Of a stretch of 64,000 bases of DNA, positions 1 through 12,714 are shown one piece after another. Source of the stretch: Octopus vulgaris (Eukaryota); assembly GCA_951406725.2 (NCBI GenBank), contig OX597822.1, forward strand, positions 98,766,001 through 98,830,000, in the 5' to 3' direction. Every line of letters starts with the position of its first letter. Positions within the stretch are counted from its first letter, which is position 1. The notes beneath the pieces were generated by a model. It did not search any database. It saw only the letters and a list, made by a program, of their open reading frames with translations, and was not told the DNA's origin. A program made the translations under genes and the position numbers.

Positions 1-44
1 TATGTATGTATGTATGTATGTATGTATGTATGTATGTATGTATG
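1..44. repeat. (TATG)n microsatellite
   Basis: Direct reading of the sequence. Confidence 0.95.
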
Positions 45-626
45 AATTTCTGCTACTTGATGATGTTTCTTCTGCACTCTACCAGTGAAGAGACAAAGTA
101 AAAAACAAAACATTCTTTCAGATTTTATATCTATTCTTCTCTATGGCATTTTTACGTCGCTCTGTCATCTAGACAAAATCAGTAGCTCAACAGCGCACCA
201 CAAAAATGGATATTGTTTAACGATACCCCAAAACAAAAGATATACAATGAATCACATACTCATGGGAATAAATATGAATGAATAAATACGATGTTCAGTT
301 TTATCCGAAATCAATTTCGCATCCATCGTGTCGTGGTTGTGTCTAAACAGAAACACGTGATATTGTTTTCCAGTCACAAATCGCTCTCTCCGTATCTCTT
401 TCCCTCCTTTCCCCTCTCTCATTTCCTCCTCTCTCTCTCTCTCTCTTTCTCTGTCTGTCTTTCTCTCTCTCTCTCTCTCTCATGATCTTTCTAATGAAGG
501 CTTTTATCTTTCAGTACATTTCTCTCCTCCCTATACACCATTTCAGTTTGTTTAAATTCATACCTTTCATTAATCTGCTATTCAGCGTTCATACCATTGG
601 TTTCTTGTTTGGAGACGCTTTTGCTA

Positions 627-2250
627 CGAGGGTGGGCTCAAAAATTTTATTGACTGAATGGGTGGAATTATGTCAGAGCTGTGAAATCTTACATGAGGAA
701 TCATGCTACAGCTGTGAAATTAATTACAACTCATCTTATTCATAACTACATTGTTTCTTTCCGGCTAAACCGACATCTGAATGTTCAAAGAAGACTTCAA
801 AAGTAACTATTCTTTTGAATAGGGTCAAAATTTGACGTTGTGGTGTTATCAAGTACCTGTAGGAAAAGGGCTTAGCCCCCAAGGACATTCGTACTCACAT
901 TTTTGTTACATTAGAAGATGAAACTCTAGCTTTATCAACAGTGCAAATATGGGCAGTTGAATTTAAGAAGGGAAGGGTCTTGAAGATGACCCAATGACTG
1001 GACGTTTTCCAACTGACTCCACCGTGAAAAATGTTGATCGTGTTCATCGTGTGGTGATGGATGATAGGCGATGGGCAATAAGTCGGTTAGCCAATGCGAT
1101 CAACATATCCCCTACGAGAGTTAATATTGTACACAATGGACATGGCATGATGATCACATCACGAGAAATCTTAAATTGCTTGATGCAGATCAAGCTGGTT
1201 TCGTTGAACGTTTCCTAAGGCAGGATGAGTGTTAGGTTCATCACTTTGAGCCAGAGACAAAAAAAAAAACAAACACTTCATGCAGCAGATACACCCCTCC
1301 CTATTCACCTGCTCCGAAAAAGGACATGGTCGTTTCATTTACTGTGACGTTGATGGCCTAGTTTTTTGGGATACAAAAGGCATTGTGCTTATTGACTTTC
1401 TTCAAAAGGGCCACACCATCAATGAAGAGTACTGTACCAACTTGCTGAGGCAGTTATGAAAGGCTATCCATCAAAGCCAAAATCTCGGGAAAACTGACGA
1501 AAGGAGTCTTGTTTCATTAAGACGATGCTCCAGCACACAAGCCCTTGGTTTCAATGGCTGTTGTACATGAGTGTAGCTTTGAACTGGTTGACCAATGTCC
1601 CTTTTTTCTTAATTTGGCCACATCTAACTATTATCTGCTCCCCAACATGGAAACACTTGACTGGGAACCAGTATCGCAACGTTGATCACGTCATATCTGC
1701 TGCTGATGAGCAACAGGATGGAAGAAGTGTGTGGACCGCAAGGGAGAGTCCAATGAAGGCCAACACTTCGAAACTTCGAAGTCATTTTCACCAGTTTTCT
1801 TACAGCAGTATAGTTAATATGTGCTTTACAATACATATTGAGTAATCCTTCAGATGAAAGTAAAATTGTTTTTATTATAAGGGGTAAAGACCCCCTTCGG
1901 TCATGAATGACCATGGGATTGCACCTAGAAAGTTAACCTCCTAGACACAAGTCCGGGCAAGGTTGTTTATGGAAGGCCAGCAGTCGCCCATGCATACCAG
2001 CCTCCCCTCACCACACCACCATTGTTATCCAAGGGAAAGACAAAGGTCGATACAGCTTGGCACCAGTGACGTCGCAACTCATTTCTACAGCTGAGTGAAC
2101 TGGAGCAACGTGAAATAAAGTGCCTTGCTGAAGAACACAACACGCAGCCCGGTCAGGGATTCGAGCTCACAACCTCACGATCGTAAGCTCGACGCTCTAA
2201 CCACTGAGCCATGCGCCTTCACGTTTTTATGTTTTTATTATAGCTCCTCG
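627..2250 (+). mobile_element. Decayed mariner DNA transposon (transposase pseudogene about 830-1760), SINE nested near right end
   Basis: TA-CGAGGG.. left end and ..CCTCG-TA right end. Frameshifted translation gives mariner motifs VIKYL.EKGLAPKDI, STVQIWAVEFKKGR, EDDP.TGR, VMDDRR and a degenerate YSPDLAPSD-like FLNLATSNYYL. Right boundary tentative. Confidence 0.8.
1881..2222 (-). mobile_element. tRNA-derived SINE (family D)
   Basis: Minus strand starts GTGAAGGCGCATGGCTCAGTGGTTAGAGCG (A box) ... GAGCTCGAATCCC (B-box-like), then a central domain shared with the SINE at 7963. TTTTATTATA flanks both sides. Decayed relative at about 55425-55640. Confidence 0.85.
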
Positions 2251-3375
2251 TAAAAAGAAGCATTAATATACATACACACTTACATACATACATACAATAC
2301 ATACATACATACATATCTAAGTTAGATTTCATATGTTATATTTATTCTTTGCAAATTATATAAATTATTGCACAATTATGTTATACATATTTGATCTAAA
2401 ATACAGTTGAATGTGCAGAAACTAGTATCCATTTTAGTAGTCTTTACTATAATCTGCAAAGCAGAAGCAAAAATTATGACAAAACATGCAGCATAAACGT
2501 ATTTTCATCTACTTCACATTCAGTAATTTCTTCACTAAAAATCTTGATTCAGTAAAACGCATTTATTTCACATATTTAAGTGTAATTAACGTGCTTTTGA
2601 AAATGTTGAAGTACACATAATTTAATTTGATTACAGATTTAAAAAAAACAAAACTATTTCTTTGATATTTTCGTCTGACCATGTATCTGAAACGCTCATA
2701 TTTTTTAGCTTTGTGTTTTACTTTCAGCAGTTTATTTTGTTTAGTTTTTTCAAGTGAATTTTCAGAATGTCTCAGTTGATTAATTACAAAAGTATTTTTA
2801 GCACATTAATTCTGAGAATTTTTCAGACGAATTAATATGCCAGTCTTTAATGAAATTATTTTCTCACGTAGATCTTCAATGACTTGTCTTATGGTTTCTG
2901 CAATTTGTTCTCGAAACATTTCGTCTGACTTATTATATTCTTAAACCACTTGTAGCATACACACAAACACACACATACACACACACACTCACACACAAAC
3001 ACACGCACAAACACTAACACATACGTACATACAAACACACACACATATTTCGTTAGTGTATAATTATTGCAACTGTTTTACAACAAATTTTATTCAACAA
3101 AAACAATAACAACATTTAACAAAAACATCTTTAAATGACGGTCTGACCGACTACCAAGCAATTGAGAAGCAGTAATTGAAGTAGATGGTGAATATGCTCC
3201 GGAATAACCATTTAAATATAGTTTTATTACATGCTGCTTTTGTGGAATAAAATTTGTTGAAAATAAGCCGCAATAATTATGCACCAACCCAATTCATGCA
3301 TATATATATATATATATATATACTAGCGTATGCATGAGCGTAAAAGTATGCATGTATGTACATATATGTAAGTAG

Positions 3376-3430
<55 letters not shown>

Positions 3431-3436
3431 ACTCAA

Positions 3437-3697
3437 ACAGGTTGACTCAAACAGAATTGATACGAAGATGGAAACAATAACACCAACAATGTAAAAGAAA
3501 ACACCGAGAGGTAAACATAGTGAGAGAGAGAAGGGAGAGTGAGAGAGAGAGAGAGAAAGGATAGTGAGAGTGAGAGAGAGAAATAGTTATATACATGCAT
3601 ACACAACTGATATGTATTCCACTAAAAAAGCTGATTAATATTTCAATTTAATGTTAAATTAATTCTTTTCATATAATATTGCATAAAACAAACACGC

Positions 3698-3739
<42 letters not shown>

Positions 3740-3880
3740 GCGTGTTTGTTTTATGCAATATTATATGAAAAGAATTAATTTAACATTAAATTGAAATATT
3801 AATCAGCTTTTTTAGTGGAATACATATCAGTTGAGCATGCATGTATATAACTATTTCTCTCTCTCACTCTCACTATCCTT

Positions 3881-3913
<33 letters not shown>

Positions 3914-4010
3914 TCTCTCTCTCTCACTATGTTTACCCTTCGGTGTTTTCTTTTACATTGTTGGTGTTATTGTTTCCATCTTCGTATCAATTCTGTTTGA
4001 GTCAACCTGT
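3437..4010. repeat. Near-perfect long inverted repeat (about 265-bp arms) centred on (TA)n 3701-3736
   Basis: ACAGGTTGACTCAAACAG...CACGCATG is mirrored by CATGCGTG...CTGTTTGAGTCAACCTGT with few mismatches or indels. Confidence 0.95.
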
Positions 4011-4219
4011 GACCTAGTGAACAGTCATACTTACGACTAAGCAGATGTGTGATCCATTGATCTGTCCTGTTATCGATTGAGCAGGAGATGGAGCGGAGAG
4101 ACCATTGACTAACTAAACTGAACTATAACTCAATGAAGCAGATCTGTGATTGAGCAGACGCATCGTTCACTGAGTTGACTTGCAGTTGAGCAGACAAAGC
4201 TACGTTAACTGAGACTATG

Positions 4220-4372
4220 TATGATTGATTGAACTAACCTATGATGACTAACTGAACACATGAATAATTCATTAACTAGATATATGATTGATTGAACTAA
4301 CCTATGATGACTAACTGAACACATGAATAATTCACTAACTAGATATATGATTGACTGAACTAACCTATGATT
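4220..4372. repeat. 63-bp tandem repeat, about 2.4 copies
   Basis: Unit TATGATTGATTGAACTAACCTATGATGACTAACTGAACACATGAATAATTCATTAACTAGATA; explains the 21-aa repeat in ORF 4205-4462. Confidence 0.9.
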
Positions 4373-4631
4373 CACAAAGAACACGTATGATTGAGTGATT
4401 TGATTTATGTATGAAAGTATTCCAGCATGATTATTCTGATATTCAGTATGCAAAGGGACCATTTAAGGCGAATTCAAATTATTACATTATATAAAAGGGC
4501 TTAGTAAAATAAATTACTTTGCCACATACTGAACTCATTAGAAATAGCAGCTAAAAAAAGTTTTTTAAAACTATTTCTAATACTTAAAGAAAATCTCTCT
4601 CATATAGTGTTTGCTCAGAACCAAGGAGTTC

Positions 4632-4683
4632 TGAGCTGACGAAAGAAATGTCGATTTGACTAATCTAGAAACGTACGTTCTCA
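4632..4683 (+). ncRNA. Type I hammerhead ribozyme motif, copy 1
   Basis: TGAG-CTGACGA-(imperfect stem II aga..gtc/gac..tct)-GAAA-CGTACG-TT-CTCA; stem I TGAG/CTCA, palindromic stem III ACGTACGT, GUU triplet. Confidence 0.7.
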
Positions 4684-5190
4684 AATAACCTTTGCATTTG
4701 ATTTTTTAATGTCTTTACCCCCATACTTTCGTGAGTTGAATTGAGCAAATACTATATGAGAGAGATTTTCTTTAAGTATTAGAAATAGTTTTAAAAAAAT
4801 TTTTTTAGCTGCTATTTCTAATGAGTTCAGTATGTGGCAAAGTAATTTATTTTACTAAGCCCTTTTATATAATGTAATAATTTGAATTCGCCTTAAATGG
4901 TCCCTTTGCATACTGAATACTTGGTGAAATTGATTAATAATTAATTAATTTTACCCTCAATTGTTGAAATTATAATTCATCTCTCTCTATTTAATGCTTC
5001 GGATTTTACCAATAAAACATAGTGTTTACTGATTTTAACCCACGCTGGTGGAAAGGGGAGAGCAGAAATTCTTCGCTTGCATATTTTGAATTTGCTGGCA
5101 CTGATAGTTCGAGCAGATCTTCAGAAGCGATAAGAAGCCGAAAGGGTATGCTCCCACTTTCAGTGTTTCCAAATCCGAACCAAGGAGTTC

Positions 5191-5242
5191 TGAGCTGACG
5201 AAAGAAATGTCGATTTGACTTATCTAGAAACGTACGTTCTCA
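5191..5242 (+). ncRNA. Type I hammerhead ribozyme motif, copy 2
   Basis: Same motif as 4632-4683 with one substitution in stem II, 559 nt downstream. Confidence 0.7.
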
Positions 5243-5526
5243 AATAACCTTTGCATTTGATTTTTTAATGTCTTTACCCCCATACTTTCGTGAGTTGAAT
5301 TGAGCAAACACTATATGAGAGAGATTTTCTTTAAGTATTAGAAATAGTTTAAAAAAAATTTTTTTTAGCTGCTATTTCTAATGAGTTCAGTATGTGGCAA
5401 AGTAATTTATTTTACTAAGCCCTTTTATATAATGTAATAATTTGAATTCGCCTTAAATGGTCCCTTTGCATACTCAATACTTGGTGAAATTGATTAATAA
5501 TTAATTAATTTTACCCTCAATTGTTG

Positions 5527-5629
<103 letters not shown>

Positions 5630-6614
5630 GTATATGCAGATACACACTCTCATACTTAAGTGCGTGCTGCAGGCATAGAAGTGAGTAGGTGTCGATGTGG
5701 GCCTGCATGCGTGCAGGCGAGCGTGTTCTCGCACACCTGTATGTGTGGGTATTCGCTAATATGTTTGTACGTGTATGTGCTATATATAAGTACGTGTAAC
5801 TGTGCGGTATATAGGTTTGTTCGTGTGTGTACAGTATGTATGCGTTTGTATGCGTGCGTACATAAAACGTAAGATTATGGAGATAAGGAAAGAAAGTACG
5901 TACCGTTATTTCACATGACCATTAGACCTGATGCCACGCTTACAACAAATACATTGACAGCGCATTATGATTCGCATGTATCAATAAATAATAATTATAT
6001 ATTGTTCAGTTAGAAGAAAGTACACTGAGAAGTGAGGGGTGGAATAAGTTCAGCATAGGTTGTCTATAATTCATTTATGACTTCTATACCTAAATCTATA
6101 AAACGCTATTTGTAATAACACATACCTACACAGACGCTTAGTGAAGTGATATTTTCATTATATTTGTCAAAACAGCATCCGTTTGAGATTCACAAATAGA
6201 AAATGTGGCAACTTGATAGAATTAGTACTTGACTTTCTTAATATATATTTTTTTGTGTGTGTCAGCAAAATAAACCTTGTTATGTTATTTTGATTTAGAT
6301 GATGATTTATTCGAATCATTTCTATTAGTTAAATAAGATTTTAAATTATCCAAGTTCATACAAGTTTAAGATTTTTGTGGCCATTTCTCTAACTGTAAGA
6401 CTTAGTCTATTTATTCAAGCGAAATTGGGCTGTGTATGTTGCGCTGATGAAGTCAGTAAGTAATATGGATATTCTTGTAAGAATATTAATTAATGTTTTT
6501 AAATTATTTTCTTTTTACTCGAAATTATCTCTTCTTTTATTTCTGAATCGTTAACCATTGCCACTAATTCTTTAGATGTTTTTCTCAATTTCTTTCTACC
6601 TCTTAGTAGGTTAT

Positions 6615-7009
6615 GGAATGGAAGCACTCCGTCGGTTACGACGATGAGGGTTCCGGTTGATCCGAATCAACGGAACAGCCTGCTCGTTAAATTAACGTGT
6701 AAGTGGCTGAGCACTCCACAGACACGTGCACCCTTAACATAGTTCTCGGGGATATTCAGCTTGATACAGAGAGTGACAAGGTCGGCCCCTTGAAATACAG
6801 GTACAACTGAAACAGGAAGTAAGAGTGAGAGAAAATTGTGGTGAAAGAGTACAGCAGGGATCACCACCATCCCCTGCCGGAGTCTCATGGAGCTTTTTTT
6901 TTAGGTGTTTTCGCTCAATAAACACTCACAACGCCCGGTCTGGGAATCGAAACCGCGATCCTATGACCGCGAGTCCGCTGCCCTAATCACTGGGCCATTG
7001 CACCTCCAC
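6615..7009 (-). mobile_element. tRNA-derived SINE family A, full length
   Basis: A box TGGCCCAGTG.TTAG, B box GGTTTCGATTCCC; TSD AGTAGGTTAT at 6605-6614 and 7010-7019; seven highly similar copies in the window. Confidence 0.92.
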
Positions 7010-7962
7010 AGTAGGTTATACTCCTCCAGCATACCTGAAAGAAATGTTTATGTCAGTAAGGTGTCGAAATCAGGTTGATCTCTGGTGGAGAGCTGGTGAA
7101 GGAAATTCTGTGGTTTTGTTACTCCTATGCTTTTGGTTATATTCTATTCAACTTCTTTTACCTCTACGTAATGTTTTGTTTTCTCTACATCTGTGTACGA
7201 TTGTAAATATAGCAATAAAAGTCCGCCCGTGTGAAAAGTGGACTTCTCTAGAGAAACAACTAATTTGTTTGTCACTCGTACAGTAGGATATCCCTTCAGT
7301 CTTTTGCCCGAACCTTTGTGATTTCGGTAAAATATTCACCACTATAAGTGAGAAAATCGCTGGTATGATAACTGTCTCAAACTTTGGTGCAGGGCCCGTA
7401 GGAGGGTGTTCGACGACTACATCGACCACAGTAATTTATTTTCATGCATTCTGTCGACTTCGAAAGGATGAAAGGCAGCATTGACCTCATCAGTATTTAT
7501 ACAATATCATAAGAAACATAATTACAAGTAGAACAATATCCCACCCATCTTCCTATGGGCATATGTTTAACCGTACGATACCTCACAAAATAATACGTTA
7601 AGTTGCTTCATTAGGGTACCTACGTTACATATTATAATAGGATGGTATGGAGAATGATACGCTCGTGTTACCATTCAAGCTCTTGACACATAAAGCTGGC
7701 CATCTCCCCAAAATGGAGTGTCACTCCCCACATTTCAGTGGGCCTCTCGAAACAGGTACTTTTCCTCACGTACTAAACTGCAATACTGAATGCGCTGTCT
7801 TGTTTGTAATTAGCCATTTTGTTATTCCATCCTCTCTAACATCAGCGGAATGTTGCTTGTCTAATCGTTTTCTGGGCCACCAGTTTTAGAATTCGTTATC
7901 AGAACACGGTTCGTGAAATTTAATGAAACGCATACGCGATTCCTGTATATTTCACGGAGTGA

Positions 7963-8287
7963 GGGCGCGTGGCTTAGTGGTTAGGGCATTCGGCTCATGA
8001 TCGTAAGGTTGTGAGTTCGATTCCCGGCGACGCGTTGTATCCTTGAGCAAGACACTTTATTTCACGTTGCTCCAGTCCACTCAGCTGGCAAAAATGAGTT
8101 GTACTTGTATTTCAAAGGGTCAGCCTTGTCACTCTCTGTGTCACGCTGATTATCCCCGAGAACTACGTTAAGGGTACACGTGTCTGTGGAATGCTCAGCC
8201 ATTTGCACGTTAATTTCACGAGCAGGCTGTTCCGTTGATCGTATCAGCTGGGACCCTCGTCGTCGTAACCGGCGGAGTCTTTTTCTT
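7963..8287 (+). mobile_element. tRNA-derived SINE sharing its 3' half with family A and its central domain with family D
   Basis: GGGCGCGTGGCTTAGTGGTTAGG...GAGTTCGATTCCC head; 17-bp TSD TATATTTCACGGAGTGA at 7946-7962 and 8288-8304. Confidence 0.9.
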
Positions 8288-8590
8288 TATATTTCACGGA
8301 GTGACTGCAAGTTTCATGCACAAAGTATTTTTACTACAACAGGTGAATTACGGAAGAAACTTTGTCCCTATTGTTTCTTAGTAGAATATGATCTTTATGG
8401 ATTTTTAAATTCAGGGTACCTAATGTTGAGACTAAAGTTTTTATTACCGTCATATTTCATTTCATATTATTATCTCCTTTATTATAATCTCATTGACTGC
8501 ATTTTATTCAGCTTCCTTTTCTTTCTATCATATTTTGTTTAAATCTAGTATCAATTATGGTATTGCCAGAATTTATTTGCTAACTAAATA

Positions 8591-11012
8591 TCTCTCTATA
8601 TATATAAAAGGCAGTTTGTCTGTCTGTGTGTCGGTCAGGTTGTACCCTCACCCTGACCACGGCTTTCAACCGATTCTGATGAAACTTGACACACACATAG
8701 CCCAATGTCATAATTCAAAACTAACGCAGTGGAAATGTTGAAAAGTTTCCCCAGTTCTGAAAAAAAAGTCGATAAATTCGACATGGGGTCGAGAATCTAA
8801 GCTTATCATATGCAACACATTTTCCGTTGTAGTTTTCGCAACTTGCAATCGATTTTCACCAAACTCATGGTGAAGCTTAATGTTACCCTAAGGAACTTAA
8901 TTCTGACATTAGTTTTCCATGCAATACCTTACCATAAGAGAAAAATCGATAAAATCATGCAATTTTGGGAAATCGCCTTCAAATTCAAGATGACATATTT
9001 TCGACAATATCTTTAACAAATTGGCAGGAATTTTTTTGAAATTCACAGCGCGCATCATGTCTGCTCCAAGGAGCTATATGGCCCTTTTGATTCGAATAGG
9101 ATACGTTATTACTGGAAAAAATCAGTTAATTACATCATATATGGCACACATAGCAAACCGATTCTTCTGCGATTTTTTTTAAAGTTCACATAGATTTTCC
9201 CTACACCGATGTTGGACATCAAGTTTGCATTAAATGTCAAACTAACGATCTTTTGTCAATGCAGTTAACAAGTATTGGGAGAAATCGACAAAACCATATC
9301 ACTTTGAGACCGACCATGCGAACCCTACAAAACTGACTTTTGTTAAATAGTTGGCGAATTTCAGGCGATTTAGTCGATTTTTGCCGCTTTTATCATAAAG
9401 GTTACTAGAAATGGCATATGTTTTCCTTTTGCTTCAAATCCGAGCAATGATGGGCTGTAGATGCGTTTGTGGCTGTGTGCGCACGTGCGCGCGTGTCCTT
9501 GACACGATGATTGCAGCTCTTCCCATTGGCTCCCCGAACGGTGAACAATGCTCTCAATTAAACACCCTTTGGCCAATCACATGCACTGACATACTCAGTT
9601 GTGCGTGTATAGTTTGTGACTCCCACTTCTTCTCTCGGTTCACTTCTTCACACGTTGGCCTACTTCTGCTAATCGCTGCTGCAGCCGCAAGTTATACGAA
9701 TACTTTTTTTGTTTAAACTTTCTTTATAACTACCACCCCAAACGTTTTACCTTAAATTTTTGACGTACCCTAAGGGTCCTCGGACGCTACTTGCAAACTC
9801 TTGGTTTATTATAAGCCGCTTTTGTCTTGTGCTCCAAAAAACCTTTTCCATTCGTTTGTTCAGTTTGGTCACTTTTCGCTTTTTCGTTGCCACTCACATT
9901 GCTGCCCGCTTTTTTCCGTTTTTGTACATTTTTATACATTTTGGGATACTTACCCCACGCGCTCCTTTTTATTACACCTTTGCCAAACATATTACTATCC
10001 ACCAAAATGCCACCCAAGAAGAGGAGGACCCTCCTGAGCCATCGGACGGCCAAGGCATAGACTGCTAGGGTTAGAAGGGCACGCGAGACCCACGAGGAAA
10101 CCGCCTTGCGTCTCTCGCAAAAAGCTTCCCGTTTTGCCGCTGCTCAGGCATCTGAAACTACTAGCGACCATTATACCCGACTTGCAAGGGCCGCAGCATA
10201 CAGATCTTCCCTCCGCTCGAGGTTGACGAAAGAGCAACAGTCCAGCCAAAACATGCGGGCTTCTTCCTGTACTTCCATCCATAGAGCTCGCGAGAACCCC
10301 GAACAAAGGGCCATTCGGAATGCGGCTAACGCCGCTAGCACCGCCAGGACACGATCTGTAGAAACCCCACAGCAGAGGAGAACTCGCCAAGCTGCTGACG
10401 CCGCAAACACAGCCATGGCCCGATCTGCCGAAACACCTCAACAGAAGAGAGCTCGCCAAGCTGCTGACGCTGCAAACACAGCCACGGCTCGATCTGCCGA
10501 AACACCTCAACAGAGGAGAGCTCGCCAAGCTGCTAATGCCGCAAACACAGCCATGGCTCGATTTGCCGAAACTCCAGACCAGGACTAGATCGGTATTAGT
10601 CGTTGCCTACTAGAGGCTCCCGAGCCCCCTTTCGCTAAACTTAAGTTAGGATTAGGTAGGGCTTAGCTGTAGTCCGAATCCAACTTGTGTTCGTGGGGGC
10701 GGTGTCAAAAGGGCCGGCATGTGCAACCTTATCACCTCTGCCTGTCAAACTCCCAACCCATGCGTTCCCGTCGCGACACTGATCCCGCAGAACTGGGTTG
10801 GGTGTGCTAAACAAAACCAGAAAATACACTTTGACTTTCATTGATTTTCTTCATGCATGCAAGGGAACGGTGCCTTGAATGCCTTAATGCCTTTTAGGCT
10901 TCATTTTACAAAATAGCGGTTCAATGAGTACAAAAAAGGGTAAGAAGGTAAAGGGCATTGCTTATCGACAAAGTTCCTTACATACCCGGGCAACGCCGGG
11001 CTATGCTGCTAG
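8591..11012 (+). mobile_element. Internally deleted Helitron
   Basis: A|TC 5' end (TCTCTCTATATATATAAAAG, then TGTC repeats); 3' hairpin CCCGG-GCAACG-CCGGG followed by CTAG|T; no TSD. Confidence 0.85.
10007..10588 (+). pseudogene. Helitron-borne ORF fragment, probably the RepHel N-terminus with ETPQQR-type (STPR-like) 20-aa repeats
   Basis: MPPKKRR start at 10007 is in frame with track ORF 10106-10588, separated by a single TAG (10058-10060). About four 60-bp repeats (RSAETPQQRRARQAADAANTA). GC-rich relative to flanks. No Rep or helicase motifs seen. Confidence 0.65.
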
Positions 11013-11551
11013 TGCTTCTATAAAATGGGTTTTTTTGTGGAATTATTCTACCATATTTCTCTTACTTCATTGCGTAGTAGTGGCTTGTTTGGGTATTGCT
11101 TGCGGTAGCTTCGAGGAAAAGGAACATAAATCATAAAAACAAAAATATATGGAACAATATCACATAACATAGAAACAGAAAAAAATGCATTAACTCATTG
11201 AACTCACTCCCTATTTACTGTATCATAAACGTAGCATCTAATATAGAAAATAATTTCCGATCGATGATATAATACAAACATTTCTCCGCCATTCATGAAC
11301 ATTAAAAGCTCTTCAAAAAGAATATAGATGTTTGAAAATCATTGAATGTCAAATATACAGCCAAAACAAAAGTGAAAATACCTAACATTATATTCCATAG
11401 ACGCTTCCAGATATTTTTCTATCTCACCTTATGGCTGGAAACCTTTTAGTGTCAAATGTATTTTGGTCGTTTCCTAGGTACCGAGAATCATTGGTACACT
11501 TAGTATAAATGCATCCTATTAATCAGGCTTCAATTAATTTTGTTTTTCATA

Positions 11552-11804
11552 TACTCTTTTACTTGTTTCAGTCATTTGACTGCGGCGATGCAGGAGCACC
11601 GCCTTTAGTCGAGCAAATCGACCCCGGGGCTTATTCTTTGTAAGCCCAGTACTTATTCTATCGGTCTCTTTTGCCGAACCGCTAAGTGACGGGGACGTAA
11701 ACACACCAGCATCGGTTGTCAAGCGATGGTGGGGGGACAAACACAGACACACAAACATATACACACACAAACATATACACACACATACATATATATACAT
11801 ATAC

Positions 11805-11835
<31 letters not shown>

Positions 11836-12005
11836 CATATATACGACAGGCTTCTTTCAGTTTCCGTCTACCAAATCCACTCACAAGGCATTGGTCAGCC
11901 CGGGGCTATAGCAGAAGACACTTGCCCAAGATGCCACGCAGTGGACTGAACCCGGAACCATGTGGTTGATAAGCAAGCTACTTACCACACAGCCACTCCT
12001 GCGCC
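11552..12005 (-). mobile_element. SINE family B (tRNA-like head, internal (TA)/(CA) microsatellite)
   Basis: Minus head GGCGCAGGAGTGGCTGTGTGGTAAG...GGGTTCAGTCC; AAAAGAGT tail; multiple copies in the window. Confidence 0.9.
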
Positions 12006-12325
12006 AGTTTCCAGTTATAAAAAAGTTAGTGCTACACTTGTGTGAGCGTTAATTTGGTGGCAGGTGACGTTATTTCTATGTTTAGGTTTGCATAATATTT
12101 TTCTATTGATGTTTTTCCCTTCAAGTCTTCCGCGGGATGCTTCTATATTTAGATAGATGAGTTCTCAGTAATGTTTTAACGTTTCTAGTTTTGTTTTGCT
12201 TTTTCTTATATCTTGCAATCTGACGCTTTCAGGCTGTAGCTGTATTGTTAACCGGCAAAAAATTACATGGCGTTGGTGGCATGCATATATTTGTGTTTCT
12301 GTATTCAGGCAGGTATGGACATACT

Positions 12326-12714
12326 GTGGAGGCGCAATGGCCCAGTGGTTAGGGCAGCGGACTCGCGGTCATAGGATCGCGGTTTCGATTCCCAGACCGG
12401 GCGTTGTGAGTGTTTATTGAGCGAAAACACCTAAAAGTTCCACGAGGCTCCGGCAGGGGATGGGTGTGATCCCTGCTGTACTCTTTTAACACAACTTTCT
12501 CTCACTCTTACTTCCTGTTTCTGTTGTACCTGTATTTCAAAGGGCCGGCCTTGTCACTCTCTGTGTCACGCTGAATATCCGCGAGAACTACGTTAAGGGT
12601 ACACGTGTCTGTGGAGTGCTCAGCCACTTACACGTTAATTTCACGAGCAGGCTGTTCCGTTGATTCGGATCAACCGGAACCCTCATCGTCGTAACCGACG
12701 GAGTGCTTCCATCC
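12326..12714 (+). mobile_element. SINE family A, full length
   Basis: TSD ATGGACATACT at 12315-12325 and 12715-12725. Confidence 0.92.

Noticed and set aside
4008-4439. Possible solo LTR starting TGTGAC
   Set aside because: No matching terminal CA/inverted end, TSD or PBS identified.
6444-6450. Isolated CTGATGA boxes (also at about 8666, 16070, 35445)
   Set aside because: No properly spaced stem II, GAAA, stem III or stem I; the one at 8666 is part of the Helitron 5' region.
6667-6888. Recurrent MVVIPAVLFHHNFLSLLLP ORF (also at 17978, 25131, 44486, 57323) as a multigene family
   Set aside because: Incidental frame inside SINE family A copies bounded by TSDs.
9995-10528. 177-aa minus-strand ORF
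   Set aside because: Antisense shadow of the GC-rich 60-bp repeat ORF on the plus strand.
12326-12400. tRNA gene-like heads with A and B boxes
   Set aside because: They continue into SINE bodies with TSDs, so they are SINE heads and not tRNA genes.
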